Below are positions 28,399 through 38,502 of a stretch of 64,000 bases of DNA, piece by piece. This DNA comes from Cephaloticoccus sp. Lineage in GTDB: Bacteria; Verrucomicrobiota; Verrucomicrobiia; Opitutales; Opitutaceae. Position 1 is the first letter of the stretch, and each line of letters opens with the position of its first letter. The stretch covers positions 225 to 64,224 of the forward strand of contig JAIPJW010000003.1 of NCBI GenBank assembly GCA_021734075.1, written 5' to 3'. The notes under the pieces were generated by a model. That model saw nothing but the letters and a program-made list of their open reading frames with translations, was not told the DNA's origin and made no database searches. The position numbers and the translations under genes were made by a program.

Positions 28399-29210
28399 CG
28401 ACCAAGCCCCGACTGCATATTTACGCGACGGCGTGGTCATTGCGCGAATACCCCACGCCAGCGAATGAATGGTCCTGGGCGCGGAAGTTCGATGCGATCC
28501 GGGCGGCGGGGTTTACCGGGATCATGTCACCGCCGCGCGAGGAGTTAAGGGCCCGCGGCGACTTGGATTATTGGGCGATGGGGAGCCTGGGCGTCGAACA
28601 TGACCCGGCCCCGTATTTTGCGCAGGTCAAGGCATTGGGCGCCACGCACGCCACCATCCAACCCTGCGATGTGGAAACACCCTTGGCGGACGCGATCACT
28701 GCCGTGGTCGGGATACTGGCGGCGGCAAAAAAAGCCGGGATGCCCACGACCATCGAGTCGCATCGCAACACCTTCACGGAAACACCGGAACGCATGTGGG
28801 CCCTGTATGACGGTTATCGGGAAAAAACCGGCGAAGTGATGCCGGTGTGTTTCGACCATTCCCACTTTGCGGTGGTGCGGCACATGGCGGCGCCGTATTG
28901 GCCAAAGCTCAACGAGCGGCCGGAAATTATGCGCGAGTGCCCGCGCTTTCATATGCGACCCTTCAACGGGCATCACTGCCAGATTCCGGCCACCTTTGAT
29001 GGAACCAGACGCACGCCGGAGTATGAGTTGTGGAGTGATTATGCGAAGTCGCTGATCACGTTTTTGCAGAACCAGAGCGCCTGCGCTGACATTCACATGG
29101 TGCCGGAACTGGGCAACGCCGCACCCGCCTACGGACTGTCGTGCTTTCCCGATATCTGGCAGGATGCGCAGGTTGTCGGCGCCGATCTGCGGCGCTGGTG
29201 GGACGAATGA
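28395..29210 (+). CDS. Xylose-isomerase-like TIM-barrel (sugar phosphate isomerase/epimerase) protein
   Basis: ATGA overlap with the GH78-like gene. Length and His/Glu/Asp pattern (ESHRNTF, FDHSHF, VPELG) are compatible with the AP-endonuclease-2/XI TIM barrel. Weak call. Confidence 0.5.
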   Translation: MTTKPRLHIYATAWSLREYPTPANEWSWARKFDAIRAAGFTGIMSPPREELRARGDLDYWAMGSLGVEHDPAPYFAQVKALGATHATIQPCDVETPLADAITAVVGILAAAKKAGMPTTIESHRNTFTETPERMWALYDGYREKTGEVMPVCFDHSHFAVVRHMAAPYWPKLNERPEIMRECPRFHMRPFNGHHCQIPATFDGTRRTPEYELWSDYAKSLITFLQNQSACADIHMVPELGNAAPAYGLSCFPDIWQDAQVVGADLRRWWDE

Positions 29211-29277
29211 GCTACTTGCGGATATTTGTCCGTTGCGCTTGACGGATGGGTAAAGGTGCGCGGTCATCGGCCCACGT

Positions 29278-29583
29278 ATGCATTGGATAAAAACCAGTAT
29301 CGGGCGGTTGCGGGTGATCGGATTTTGGGAGGGTGTGTCCTTTCTTGTGCTCCTGGGCATCGCCATGCCGTTGAAATATCTGGCCGGCCACCCCGAGGCG
29401 GTGCGCGTGGTGGGAATGGCACACGGCGTTTTGTTTCTGCTTTATCTCTGGGCGGCGATCCAGGCAGCGCTGGAGCATGAGTGGAACTGGCGGCGCACCC
29501 TACTGGTCCTGATCGCCGCCTTGTTGCCGGCGGGTCCGTTTGTGGTCGACGCGAAACTACTGCGCAAAGATTCGAGCCCATGA
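29278..29583 (+). CDS. DUF3817-family small membrane protein
   Basis: LRVIGFWEGVSFLVLLGIAMPLKYLAGHP..V..VGMAHGVLFLLY is characteristic of DUF3817. Confidence 0.75.
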   Translation: MHWIKTSIGRLRVIGFWEGVSFLVLLGIAMPLKYLAGHPEAVRVVGMAHGVLFLLYLWAAIQAALEHEWNWRRTLLVLIAALLPAGPFVVDAKLLRKDSSP

Positions 29584-30530
29584 AGGTGCAAGTCATCGCC
29601 CACCGCGGGGCCTCGGGCCTGCGGCCGGAAAACACCGCAGCGGCGGTGGAACTCGCCCACCAACAGGGAGCCGACTGGATAGAGTGCGACGTGGTGCTGA
29701 CCCGGGACGGCGAAGTGCTGGTGTCGCATGATGTGGAACTCGATCTGCTCACCGATGTGGCGGTCCGTTATCCGGACCGGGCGCGCGCGGACGGTCGTTT
29801 TTATGTGATTGATTTCACGCTGGAGGAAATTCGCTTCCTGCGCAGTGGGGAGCGACGTGACCTTGCCACGGGTCGATCCGCCTGCGTCGGCCGGTTTGCC
29901 GTGGCGCCGGAGCCGCAGCCATTATTGACCCTGGAAGAGTGGGTTGAACTCGTGCAGCAGTTGAACGCGGCCGCCGGGCGCGATGCGGGCTTGTGCGTGG
30001 AACTGAAGCAACCGGTCTATCACCAACGGCTCGGTTGCGACCTGGCGGCCAAGGCCGCGGCCATTCTCGAGCGGCAAGGTTACAATACCCCGGAGGCGCG
30101 CTGCATGGTGCTGAGTTTTGAACCGGCGGCGTTGCAGCGTTTGCGGCTGGAGATGGGGTGGCAGGGTCCCTTGCTGCAACTCATCGGACCACCGGAGTGG
30201 GGGGAGGGTGAGTGCGATTATGCCCGGTTAACCACGCCGGCAGGTCTTACGGAGATCGCCACCTACGCCCAATGGATCGCGACCCATTTGCCGCAAGTGG
30301 TGACGCTGGAACCGGGCGTGCCTCCACGGGCGACCGGACTCGTTGCTTCCGCGCACGCCTGTGGTTTGCGGGTGGGTGCCTATACTTTTCAGCCCGAGGG
30401 TTTGCCCGACGGCCACAACCTGGCCGGTTTGCTGGATTTCGCCGCGGGTCCCCTCGGCTTGGATGCAGTGATCAGCGATTTTCCGGCCGATGCCGTGGCC
30501 GCCGTGCAGCGCGGAGTCCGGGGTGATTGA
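29580..30530 (+). CDS. Glycerophosphodiester phosphodiesterase (GDPD family)
   Basis: VIAHRGASGLRPENT and ECDVVLTRDGEVLVSHD. ATGA overlap with the DUF3817 gene. Confidence 0.85.
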   Translation: MKVQVIAHRGASGLRPENTAAAVELAHQQGADWIECDVVLTRDGEVLVSHDVELDLLTDVAVRYPDRARADGRFYVIDFTLEEIRFLRSGERRDLATGRSACVGRFAVAPEPQPLLTLEEWVELVQQLNAAAGRDAGLCVELKQPVYHQRLGCDLAAKAAAILERQGYNTPEARCMVLSFEPAALQRLRLEMGWQGPLLQLIGPPEWGEGECDYARLTTPAGLTEIATYAQWIATHLPQVVTLEPGVPPRATGLVASAHACGLRVGAYTFQPEGLPDGHNLAGLLDFAAGPLGLDAVISDFPADAVAAVQRGVRGD

Positions 30531-30574
30531 AAACGCGACTGGAGAAATCCGCGAATTGGTATCACGTTGGCGCA

Positions 30575-31531
30575 ATGTTTAACCGGATCTTGTTGAGTGG
30601 ACTGGCGTGGTTGAGCCTGGGCACGGGAGCGCTCCGGGCCGAGACCAATGACGCGTATGTGCAGGAGGTTGAGGAATGGCGCGCGTCGCGACTGGCGCGA
30701 CTGACCTCGACCGAAGGTTGGTTGACCTTGATCGGTCTGCACTTTTTGGAACCCGAGGAAAGCACGGTGGGTCGGGCCGACGACAACAAGGTGAAACTGG
30801 CTGCGGGTCCGGACCATCTCGGCACGGTCACCTTGGAGGCCAACGGCCGGGTAAAGTTGCAGGTGAATCCGGGGTTGGGGACTATGGTGGATGGACGCGA
30901 GGTCCTTTCGGCGGAATTGGCGCCGGATATATCCGGCAAGCCGACCCTGGTGACCTGTGGCACCCTGAGTTTCTACGTCATCGAACGCGGCGGCAAACTG
31001 GCGTTGCGAGTCAAGGACAGTGCGGCGGAGCGCCGGACCAATTTTGCGGGTATCGATTACTATCCCATCGATCCCACCTGGAGGATTGAGGCCAGGTGGG
31101 AGACATTCGACCGGCCCCGCAGGATCAAGATTGCCAATATCCTTGGTCAGGAGTCCGACGCCATGGTGTTGGGCAAGGCGGTCTTTGAGCGCGCTGGCCG
31201 CACGCTGGCATTGTTGCCCATCCAGGAATCGCTCGGTGAGCCGCTTTTCTTCATCATCGCCGATGAAACCAGTGGCAAGGAGACCTACGGCGCAGCGCGT
31301 TTTCTTTATGCCGATCCGCCGGCCGAGGGGAAAGTCGTGCTGGATTTCAACAAGGCGGTCAATCCGCCCTGTGCGTTCACGCCTTTTGCCACTTGCCCAC
31401 TCCCGCCGGCGGAGAACGTGATGAAAATCGCCGTTACCGCGGGGGAAAAGGACTACCACGGGGAACACGGGGCCACCGGGGTCGCGGAGAGTCCCCGGGA
31501 GACCCCGACGCCGGATCACGTGTCACCCTAA
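30575..31531 (+). CDS. DUF1684-domain protein (secreted)
   Basis: Signal-like N-terminus. DYYPIDPTWRIEARW and FNKAVNPPCAFTPFATCPLPP motifs of DUF1684. Confidence 0.75.
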   Translation: MFNRILLSGLAWLSLGTGALRAETNDAYVQEVEEWRASRLARLTSTEGWLTLIGLHFLEPEESTVGRADDNKVKLAAGPDHLGTVTLEANGRVKLQVNPGLGTMVDGREVLSAELAPDISGKPTLVTCGTLSFYVIERGGKLALRVKDSAAERRTNFAGIDYYPIDPTWRIEARWETFDRPRRIKIANILGQESDAMVLGKAVFERAGRTLALLPIQESLGEPLFFIIADETSGKETYGAARFLYADPPAEGKVVLDFNKAVNPPCAFTPFATCPLPPAENVMKIAVTAGEKDYHGEHGATGVAESPRETPTPDHVSP

Positions 31532-32388
31532 AAGTTTAGTGTGATCGGACGGTCTTCCCTAGTCGGGGCAAATTGCGCGTTCCAGCGCGCAATGTAATTG
31601 GTGGCGAGTTGGCGGGCCACCTTGCGCTGTTGGACCATATTGTCATGCCGGACCATCACGGTGTCATAGAGAGATTCAAACTGGTCCAGATCCGGGTTGG
31701 CCCAAGGCAAGTGTCGGGCGGTGCGCATATCCCGCCAAAGCGAACGCGCGCTGACCAAGGTGTTCTCGAAATCGAACAATCCTTTCTGGGCTTCCTGATC
31801 CCAGGTTTCCATGGCGATCGCATAGTCTTCGACAGTTTTCCGGTCGGCGGAAATTGCCGGGGGAGTCGGGGCCGGGGCAACCGATGGCGGGTTGAAAAAC
31901 ATGGGCTTGCCCCTCATCCGGGGCACGACTTGCCCCAGCGCTTTTTGCAGACGGCTTTGCGGAATTGCGACCACCAGGGGAGGGACCCCTTCATTTTCCG
32001 ATTTGAAACGAATTTCACCCCGGTCACACAGCAAAATGGATTCCGCCGCCCGTGGGGACAAGTTGGCCGCCCATTGCGTGCCGTCGCCGGACGAACCCAC
32101 CGGTTCGGCCGCACCGGACCACCATTCGAAGCCCTTGATATTTTGCAACACCAGGGTCGCATGATTGGGCACCCTGGCCGGTTGGTGGGCGGGTTTGAGT
32201 TGGATGAGCAACCGTCCTGCTGAGTCCTCGGCTATGGGCGGATGGAAAGACACGGATTCGTCGTCCGATAACGTTACCCGGGTGGCAATTTCGCTTGCAA
32301 CGGACGCTCCGAAGAGTGGCGGCAGACTCCACAATGACGTGATCAGGACTGCAGACCAGCATCGGAGTGATTGTGATGTGGATTTCAT
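31528..32388 (-). CDS. Hypothetical secreted protein (286 aa)
   Basis: Start at ATG 32388 (MKSTSQSLRCWSAVLITSLWSLPPLFGASVA signal peptide). Coding GC3. No motif recognised. Its stop overlaps the DUF1684 stop (CTAA). Confidence 0.6.
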   Translation of the reverse strand: MKSTSQSLRCWSAVLITSLWSLPPLFGASVASEIATRVTLSDDESVSFHPPIAEDSAGRLLIQLKPAHQPARVPNHATLVLQNIKGFEWWSGAAEPVGSSGDGTQWAANLSPRAAESILLCDRGEIRFKSENEGVPPLVVAIPQSRLQKALGQVVPRMRGKPMFFNPPSVAPAPTPPAISADRKTVEDYAIAMETWDQEAQKGLFDFENTLVSARSLWRDMRTARHLPWANPDLDQFESLYDTVMVRHDNMVQQRKVARQLATNYIARWNAQFAPTREDRPITLNF

Positions 32389-32702
32389 CGTATTACTCCT
32401 TTCCAATGCTCCGGCCCTTGAGTGCAACGAAAGGACATCCGGCCGGAATTGGACGCAATTCGTTCTTTGGCGGGTGCCCTGATCATAAGGAATAATTGCC
32501 TGTGATAAAGGCAAAATCTGACCCGGGTGGTTGCCAGGGATGCTCGGGTGAAATTTGCGCACGGCAACGCCGGCTACAAACAGCGGATTGGTGGCCATGA
32601 TTGCCTCGCCCCAGTGCCGATGCCGCGCGCGGAGCGCACGGCCCACCGGTCAGGCTAATTCGCGAAGCCCGATGATCCGGCCCGACGTTCGGATCGTGCG
32701 CG

Positions 32703-32990
32703 TCAAGCTAGCAGGTCCTGGAATTCGTCATGCCGGGCGATGAATTTCGCCACGTAGGAACATTGGGGATCAACGGTCAACTGCTGCTGACGGGCATGGG
32801 CCAGACCCGCCCGCACCAATTTTTCCGCAATGCCCTGGCCGCGAAATTCCTCGGGGACGAAGGTGTGCGTGAAAATCATCCGCGTGGCTTCCAGTTCGTA
32901 GTCAAGCACCCCCACAGCCTCACCGCTCTGATAAATGTAGCGCTGTTTTGCGGCTTCGTGCAGAACCTCGGGATGGACGGGGGAGGACAT
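32703..32990 (-). CDS. Small GNAT-like acetyltransferase (YjdJ type)
   Basis: HTFVPEEFRGQGIAEKLV...CSYV pattern of the GNAT_2 / YjdJ family; 95 aa. Confidence 0.7.
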   Translation of the reverse strand: MSSPVHPEVLHEAAKQRYIYQSGEAVGVLDYELEATRMIFTHTFVPEEFRGQGIAEKLVRAGLAHARQQQLTVDPQCSYVAKFIARHDEFQDLLA

Positions 32991-32997
32991 GAGGAAT

Positions 32998-34104
32998 TCA
33001 GGCGTCGAGGATATTGTCAGGCAGTTGGGGCGTCAGCAGGCGGGGCTTTTTCAAGCTGGATTTGATCGTGATGTGACGTCCCTTGCGTGAGGCCTGCTCA
33101 AAGGCCGACATGACCTCGACCACGTGCGCGGTCAGTTCGCCGTTGCACCGGAAACTGCGCCGACGGCGACGCAGTGAATAGGCCATGTCGGCGACCCCGG
33201 TGCCGCGCAAACGCTCGTCGGAATGCGTGAGGGGGGCGGGCGTGAATTCCTGTTCCCCGGCCCGCTTGATGCTGACGGGACCCTTGAAGGTGTTGGGGTC
33301 GGGCACCAGCATGGTGCCGGCACTGCCGTAGAGGGTGATATTGGGCTGCGGCTGACCGGGCCAGACGTCGAAACTCATGATGATCGTGACAATGGCGCCA
33401 TTGGCAAAATCCATGGTGCCGGCATAGTGCGTGGGGACCTCGACCTTTACCTTTTTGCCGGACAGTGGCTGGCTGGTGATGGTGCGGGTGGCAAAGGACA
33501 CCTTGGTGGATCCGGATACGCGTTGCACGGGACCGAGCAGATTGACCAGGGCGGTGATGTAGTAGGGTCCCATGTCAAACATCGGTCCGCCGCCCGACTT
33601 GTAATAAAACTCCGGAGCAGGGTGCCAAGACTCGTGGCCGCGGCCCATACAATAGGCCGTGCCCGCGACGGGCTGCCCGATGATGCCGTCTTCCAGCAAT
33701 TGGCGCGCGGTTTGGATGCCGCCGCCGAGAAAGGTATCGGGGGCGCCACCCACCAGCAGGTTCCGTCGCTTGGCCAGGTTGAGCACCCGGCGGGCCTCCT
33801 GCACATTGAGTCCGAAGGGTTTTTCGACGTAGGCATGCTTGCCGGCGCGGAGGATGCGCTCATTGACCGGGGCATGGGCCTGGGGAATGGTGAGATTGAT
33901 GACGATCTCAATGCCGGGATCGGCCAGCAACTCATCCACCGTGCAACCGCGCACGCCGTGTTTGGCTGCCTTTTCCCGGGCCCGCGCCTCGTCAATGTCG
34001 GCGCAGGCCACGAGATCGAGAATGTCGTAGCGTTTGCAGCCGGCAAAATACGCTTCACTGATGTTACCGCAGCCGATGAGGCCGACTTTTACCTTACGAG
34101 GCAT
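32998..34104 (-). CDS. Gfo/Idh/MocA-family NAD(P)-dependent oxidoreductase
   Basis: VKVGLIGCGNISEAYF Rossmann motif and EKPF motif. Start at ATG 34104. Confidence 0.85.
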   Translation of the reverse strand: MPRKVKVGLIGCGNISEAYFAGCKRYDILDLVACADIDEARAREKAAKHGVRGCTVDELLADPGIEIVINLTIPQAHAPVNERILRAGKHAYVEKPFGLNVQEARRVLNLAKRRNLLVGGAPDTFLGGGIQTARQLLEDGIIGQPVAGTAYCMGRGHESWHPAPEFYYKSGGGPMFDMGPYYITALVNLLGPVQRVSGSTKVSFATRTITSQPLSGKKVKVEVPTHYAGTMDFANGAIVTIIMSFDVWPGQPQPNITLYGSAGTMLVPDPNTFKGPVSIKRAGEQEFTPAPLTHSDERLRGTGVADMAYSLRRRRRSFRCNGELTAHVVEVMSAFEQASRKGRHITIKSSLKKPRLLTPQLPDNILDA

Positions 34105-34138
34105 GAAGAATGGATTTGAGGATGGTTGATGGAGAAAA

Positions 34139-34804
34139 TTATTGGTCCGGCACGGGACCGAAATGGGCGGCGAAGGTCGTGTAGGCGGCACAGTCGGCCA
34201 GCATGGCGTCGATGGTGGCGGTGAGGGGTTCGGTTTTCACGAGGCCGGAAAAAATCACCTTGTCCCCGATGGCGTCGGTCAGGACAAACGCGGGGCGTTG
34301 GTTGATTTGGTGGGCATGAAATTCGGCGGTGTCGGCCGCCACTCGCTCGCGCACCGGCTTGGATTCAGCGGCCAAGCGCAGCTTGCGGCCATTGAGCTTG
34401 AAAGTCCTGGCGGCGAAGGTAACCGCCGTGCCCATGTCGCCGATTTTCCGACCATCACGCAGCGCGGCCGCGGTTAGGGCGCGGCGCAGACGATCATCAG
34501 TCAGACCGAAATCCCGCCCGGCCTCGGCGACAAGGTTGGGGGCTTCATAGTTACCGTGGAGTTGCGCGTCAAACCAGCCGGAGTTGAGCATGCGGGGCTG
34601 ACAGGTGAGGGTGCCGCTGCGCTGATAGAACCAATCGCATTGCGCCCGCGAAACCGGAAAGTCGCTCCGGTTCATCAAGGCGATTTTCCAGGCAAAATCG
34701 ACGTGCCCGGCATAGCGCTCCTGCAGGCTGGTCCAGACCGGTTCGACGTAGGAGCACCACGAGGAGAGTATTTCCAGATAATAGGTGAGTTTGACTGCCG
34801 CCAC
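34139..34804 (-). CDS. DsbA-like thioredoxin-fold protein (HCCA-isomerase/FrnE-like)
   Basis: N-terminal YYLEILSSWCSY occupies the CxxC position but reads SSWC (monothiol). Length is typical of the DsbA/FrnE family. Confidence 0.6.
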   Translation of the reverse strand: MAAVKLTYYLEILSSWCSYVEPVWTSLQERYAGHVDFAWKIALMNRSDFPVSRAQCDWFYQRSGTLTCQPRMLNSGWFDAQLHGNYEAPNLVAEAGRDFGLTDDRLRRALTAAALRDGRKIGDMGTAVTFAARTFKLNGRKLRLAAESKPVRERVAADTAEFHAHQINQRPAFVLTDAIGDKVIFSGLVKTEPLTATIDAMLADCAAYTTFAAHFGPVPDQ

Positions 34805-34905
34805 GGGGCGGGAATGTGGAGGGAATAACTCGGTCGGTCAATGCGTCCGGCGGCGGGGTGCCGAATTCTTGCATCCGGACCAATTTTCCGGACTATGACC
34901 CCGGC

Positions 34906-35610
34906 ATGTGGGTCGGCTTACTTTTTATCGCCAAAACAACACCGGGTGTCGCCACGCCGATGTTTACTTATGCGTGGTATGGCGCGCTGGTGGTGGCGGT
35001 GTTGTTGGCCGGTTGGCTGTGGCGGCGTTTGAATGACCGCACCTACATGTATTATGGCGCCTATGTGGCTGCCATCGTCGTCATGAGCCTGACGGATCAT
35101 GGGTTGGGCTGGTGGTTGCACGAGCATTGGGGGGAGAAATTCGTCTATATTAATAATTTTCTGCATCTGCCCTACGCCGTGTTTTACCTGTTGTTCGTCA
35201 TCCATTACTTCAACGTGCGAAAATTGTCCCCGGGTTGGACTCGTTTTCACCGTTACCTGCTTTGGGCGTATGGCGGGGCACTGATCTGGCTCCTGTTCGA
35301 CTTTGTCACCTGGTCATTCACCGGCAGTGAATGGGCCATCCTGACCTGCAATCTGGTCAATTTGCTCTCCTCCCTCGTGCTGGCCGCGATCGCAACCCAT
35401 CAGGACCGTCCCGGTGCCCGGGAATTTCTTTTTGCGTGTTTCCCCCTGACCTTGAGCGGATTGGTGCTGGTGGCACAGTTTTTGGCCGATTCCCCCCACG
35501 ATGGCGGGCCCGGTTTGATCGCGTTTCGGGCCGGCTTTATCATCCATGTGATGATTTTCCTGATCGCACTGAGTGTGCGTTACCGGGAATTGCGCCAGCA
35601 CCTGCATTAA
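34906..35610 (+). CDS. Stand-alone 7-TM membrane protein (7TMR-DISM-like)
   Basis: Seven hydrophobic helices counted by eye, with no extracellular or cytoplasmic domain. Start uncertain (34816 GTG, 34906 ATG or later). Confidence 0.55.
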   Translation: MWVGLLFIAKTTPGVATPMFTYAWYGALVVAVLLAGWLWRRLNDRTYMYYGAYVAAIVVMSLTDHGLGWWLHEHWGEKFVYINNFLHLPYAVFYLLFVIHYFNVRKLSPGWTRFHRYLLWAYGGALIWLLFDFVTWSFTGSEWAILTCNLVNLLSSLVLAAIATHQDRPGAREFLFACFPLTLSGLVLVAQFLADSPHDGGPGLIAFRAGFIIHVMIFLIALSVRYRELRQHLH

Positions 35611-35684
35611 GGGAGAGACCGAGCATGCCGGTCATCCTCCTTCGCTGAAACCACCGGGATCAGCGACCCATTGCTACAATTGGT

Positions 35685-36428
35685 CTATTTGCCGAAGAGT
35701 TTTTTGATGCCTTCACCGGTTTTCTTCGCGGCACTACCCACGGCCTCAGAGGCGGACGCCCCCATGGTCGAGCCGATCTCGCCAGCTGCACCCGCGGTGG
35801 CGGAGACGATGCCACCCAGCACATTTTGCATCACCACCCCGACGAATTGATCCGGGGTGATTCCGCCTTCCTTGACGCCCAGGTCGTCGATGGCGATGGG
35901 GGGCATGGGCAGGGGAATGGCCGCGGGCCCCACGCCGAGTTTGGCAATGGCGTTGGTTATCCTAAGTTTTTTAACCACGAATTTGATGGGCCGGCCGCTT
36001 TTGGCCTTGGGTTCCTGCCCGCCGGCCCCGGTGAACGCCTCGATGTTCTTCAGCAGGTCCTTGATGTTGCTGGCAATGATCTTGGTTTCATACCGGAAAA
36101 CCGGCTCATCGATACTGATCTCGTTGATCACGATATGGTCGCCCAGAATTGAGAAGGGCTGCACGCTGAGGTGGATTTTGCCGAGGGTAAAGGCATTGCC
36201 GTCGCTCCAGCCCTCGGGATTGCCCACGGTAAGTCCGGACAGCGTGCCCGAACCGGTGAAGGGAGAAATCCGGGCTCCGGCCAGCTCGACCTTGGTTTGG
36301 GTGAGCTTGGGCCCAAAGGTATTCACCCCGGCTGTGACGATGGAACCAAGGAAAAAACTCAGGCCGACATAGACGATGAGCAGGAGGGCGACCAGGGAAC
36401 CGACGATGACCAGGGATTTCTTTTTCAT
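35685..36428 (-). CDS. Small membrane-anchored AsmA/DUF748-like protein
   Basis: Start at ATG 36428 ([19 protein letters not shown]). [22 protein letters not shown] and [14 protein letters not shown] resemble AsmA-like N-terminal repeats. Confidence 0.6.
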   Translation of the reverse strand: MKKKSLVIVGSLVALLLIVYVGLSFFLGSIVTAGVNTFGPKLTQTKVELAGARISPFTGSGTLSGLTVGNPEGWSDGNAFTLGKIHLSVQPFSILGDHIVINEISIDEPVFRYETKIIASNIKDLLKNIEAFTGAGGQEPKAKSGRPIKFVVKKLRITNAIAKLGVGPAAIPLPMPPIAIDDLGVKEGGITPDQFVGVVMQNVLGGIVSATAGAAGEIGSTMGASASEAVGSAAKKTGEGIKKLFGK

Positions 36429-36537
36429 GGGGTCCGCCAGTATCAAGGATGAAAGATTGGGTCGCAAGCGCGGGTTGGATGCAATTTCGCTTGTCTTGGC
36501 GCGCCGCCCCCAAACCTTTATCCATCCAAAGATTTCC

Positions 36538-38379
36538 ATGGCCAACGCATACACAGAAGCCAGCATCAAAACCCTCTCCTCCACCGAGCACATCCGCCTG
36601 CGCCCCGGCATGTATATCGGGCGGCTGGGCAACGGGGCGCACGCCGAGGACGGCATTTACGTGCTGATCAAGGAAACGATCGACAATTCCATCGATGAAT
36701 TTGCGATGGGCAATGGCAAGCGGATCGAAATTGAGGTGCAGGACCGGCTGGTGCGGGTGCGCGACTACGGGCGGGGCATTCCCCTCGGCAAGCTGGTTGA
36801 GTGTGTGTCCATCATCAACACCGGGGCGAAATACGACAGCAACACGTTCCAAAAAGCGGTGGGGTTGAACGGGGTGGGCCAAAAGGCGGTCAATGCGCTT
36901 TCGCTGGAATATTGCGCCCAGTCCGTGCGCGACGGACAGACCAGACTGGTGGAGTTCAAACAGGGCAAACTGGTCAAGGAGCACAAGGTGACCAAGACCA
37001 CCGAGCGCAACGGCACCATCATTGCCTTCGTGCCCGACGAGGCGCTTTTCGGCAAGGATTTCAAGTTTCGCCCCGAGTTCATCGAGGATCAGTTGTGGAA
37101 TTATGCCTATCTCAACCGGGGACTGACGCTCACGCTCAACGGCCGGGCCTTCAAGTCGGCCAACGGCCTCAAGGACCTGCTGGAAAAGAACCTGACCGGC
37201 GAAACCCTTTATCCCATCATTCATCTGGAGGGGGAGGACATCGAGATCGCGCTGACGCATGGGGCGCACTACGGCGAGGAGTATTTTTCCTTCGTCAACG
37301 GCCAGCACACCACGATGGGCGGGACGCATCAGCTGGCGTTTCGCGAGGCGCTGGTCAACACCGTGCGCAACTTCTACAAGAAGGAATTTGATGCGGCCGA
37401 TGTGCGCCAGTCGATCATCGCGGCCATCTCGGTGCGCGTGCAGGAGCCGATCTTCGAGTCGCAGACCAAGACCAAGCTCGGTTCGACCGAGGTCGGGCCG
37501 TCCGGCCCGACGATCAAGGAATTTATCGGCAAGTTTGTGCAGCAGTCACTCGACACCTATCTGCACAAGCACAAGGAGACCGCCGATGCGATTCTCGCCC
37601 GGATTCAGGAGAGCGAACGCGAGCGCAAGGACCTCGCCGGCATCCGCAATCTCGCCCGGGCCCGGGCCAAGACAGCCTCGCTGCACAACCGCAAGCTGCG
37701 GGACTGCCGCCAGCATCTCGGGGAGAAGGGCAGCCGCACCGAGGAAAGTTCCCTCTTTATTGTCGAGGGTGACTCGGCCGCCGGTTCGTTGACCGCCAGC
37801 CGTGATGTGCAGACCCAGGCGGTGTTCGCCCTGAAGGGCAAACCCCTCAACACCTACGGGCTCTCCAAGAAGGTGATCTATGAAAACGAGGAGTTTCACC
37901 TCCTGCAGTCGGCCCTCAACATCGAGGACGGCCTCGATGGTCTGCGTTACAACAATGTCATCATCGCCACCGATGCGGACGTGGACGGCATGCACATCCG
38001 CCTGCTGTTGATCTCGTTTTTCCTCAAGTTTTTCCCCGACCTGATCGCCCGCGGGCATCTTTACATCCTCGAAACGCCGCTGTTCCGCGTGCGCAACAAA
38101 CGGAAAACCATCTATTGCTACAGCGAGACGGAGAAACAGACGGCTATCGGCGAGCTCGGCACGACCCACGAGATCACACGCTTCAAGGGTCTCGGTGAAA
38201 TTTCCGCCAATGAGTTCAAGGATTTTATAGGGGAAAACATCCGGTTGGAACCGGTCTCGCTGAGTCACCTGCACGACAGCGATGACCTCCTGTCCTTCTA
38301 CATGGGCAAAAACACCCCCAAGCGGCAGGATTTCATCATCGACAACCTTTACATTGAGAAGGACCTGGTTGGCGCATGA
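36538..38379 (+). CDS. parE: Type IIA topoisomerase subunit B, topoisomerase IV ParE-like (613 aa)
   Basis: [24 protein letters not shown] (Toprim), [15 protein letters not shown]. Start at ATG 36538. Confidence 0.9.
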   Translation: MANAYTEASIKTLSSTEHIRLRPGMYIGRLGNGAHAEDGIYVLIKETIDNSIDEFAMGNGKRIEIEVQDRLVRVRDYGRGIPLGKLVECVSIINTGAKYDSNTFQKAVGLNGVGQKAVNALSLEYCAQSVRDGQTRLVEFKQGKLVKEHKVTKTTERNGTIIAFVPDEALFGKDFKFRPEFIEDQLWNYAYLNRGLTLTLNGRAFKSANGLKDLLEKNLTGETLYPIIHLEGEDIEIALTHGAHYGEEYFSFVNGQHTTMGGTHQLAFREALVNTVRNFYKKEFDAADVRQSIIAAISVRVQEPIFESQTKTKLGSTEVGPSGPTIKEFIGKFVQQSLDTYLHKHKETADAILARIQESERERKDLAGIRNLARARAKTASLHNRKLRDCRQHLGEKGSRTEESSLFIVEGDSAAGSLTASRDVQTQAVFALKGKPLNTYGLSKKVIYENEEFHLLQSALNIEDGLDGLRYNNVIIATDADVDGMHIRLLLISFFLKFFPDLIARGHLYILETPLFRVRNKRKTIYCYSETEKQTAIGELGTTHEITRFKGLGEISANEFKDFIGENIRLEPVSLSHLHDSDDLLSFYMGKNTPKRQDFIIDNLYIEKDLVGA

Positions 38380-38396
38380 ATGTTTCGACCAGAGCT

Positions 38397-38491
38397 GTCA
38401 GTCTTCAGCCCTCAGCTATCAGTCCCAAACCACAAATCACTTTCCCTCAACCTTTCCGCCCAGCCCTGACCGCTGATCGCTGAAAGCTGAC
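38397..38491. repeat. Imperfect inverted repeat in the parE-parC spacer
   Basis: GTCAGTCTTCAGC (38397..38409) against GCTGAAAGCTGAC (38479..38491), 11/13 complementary. The spacer also contains reiterated CAGTC and CTGACCGC words. Confidence 0.4.
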
Positions 38492-38502
38492 CGCTTCTCC
38501 CG

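Noticed and set aside
32496-32514. Hairpin TTGCCT-GTGATAA-AGGCAA as a terminator for the small GNAT gene
   Set aside because: The stem is only 6 bp and AT-rich, it lies ~190 nt from the stop, and the T-tract on the minus strand is weak. The evidence is insufficient.
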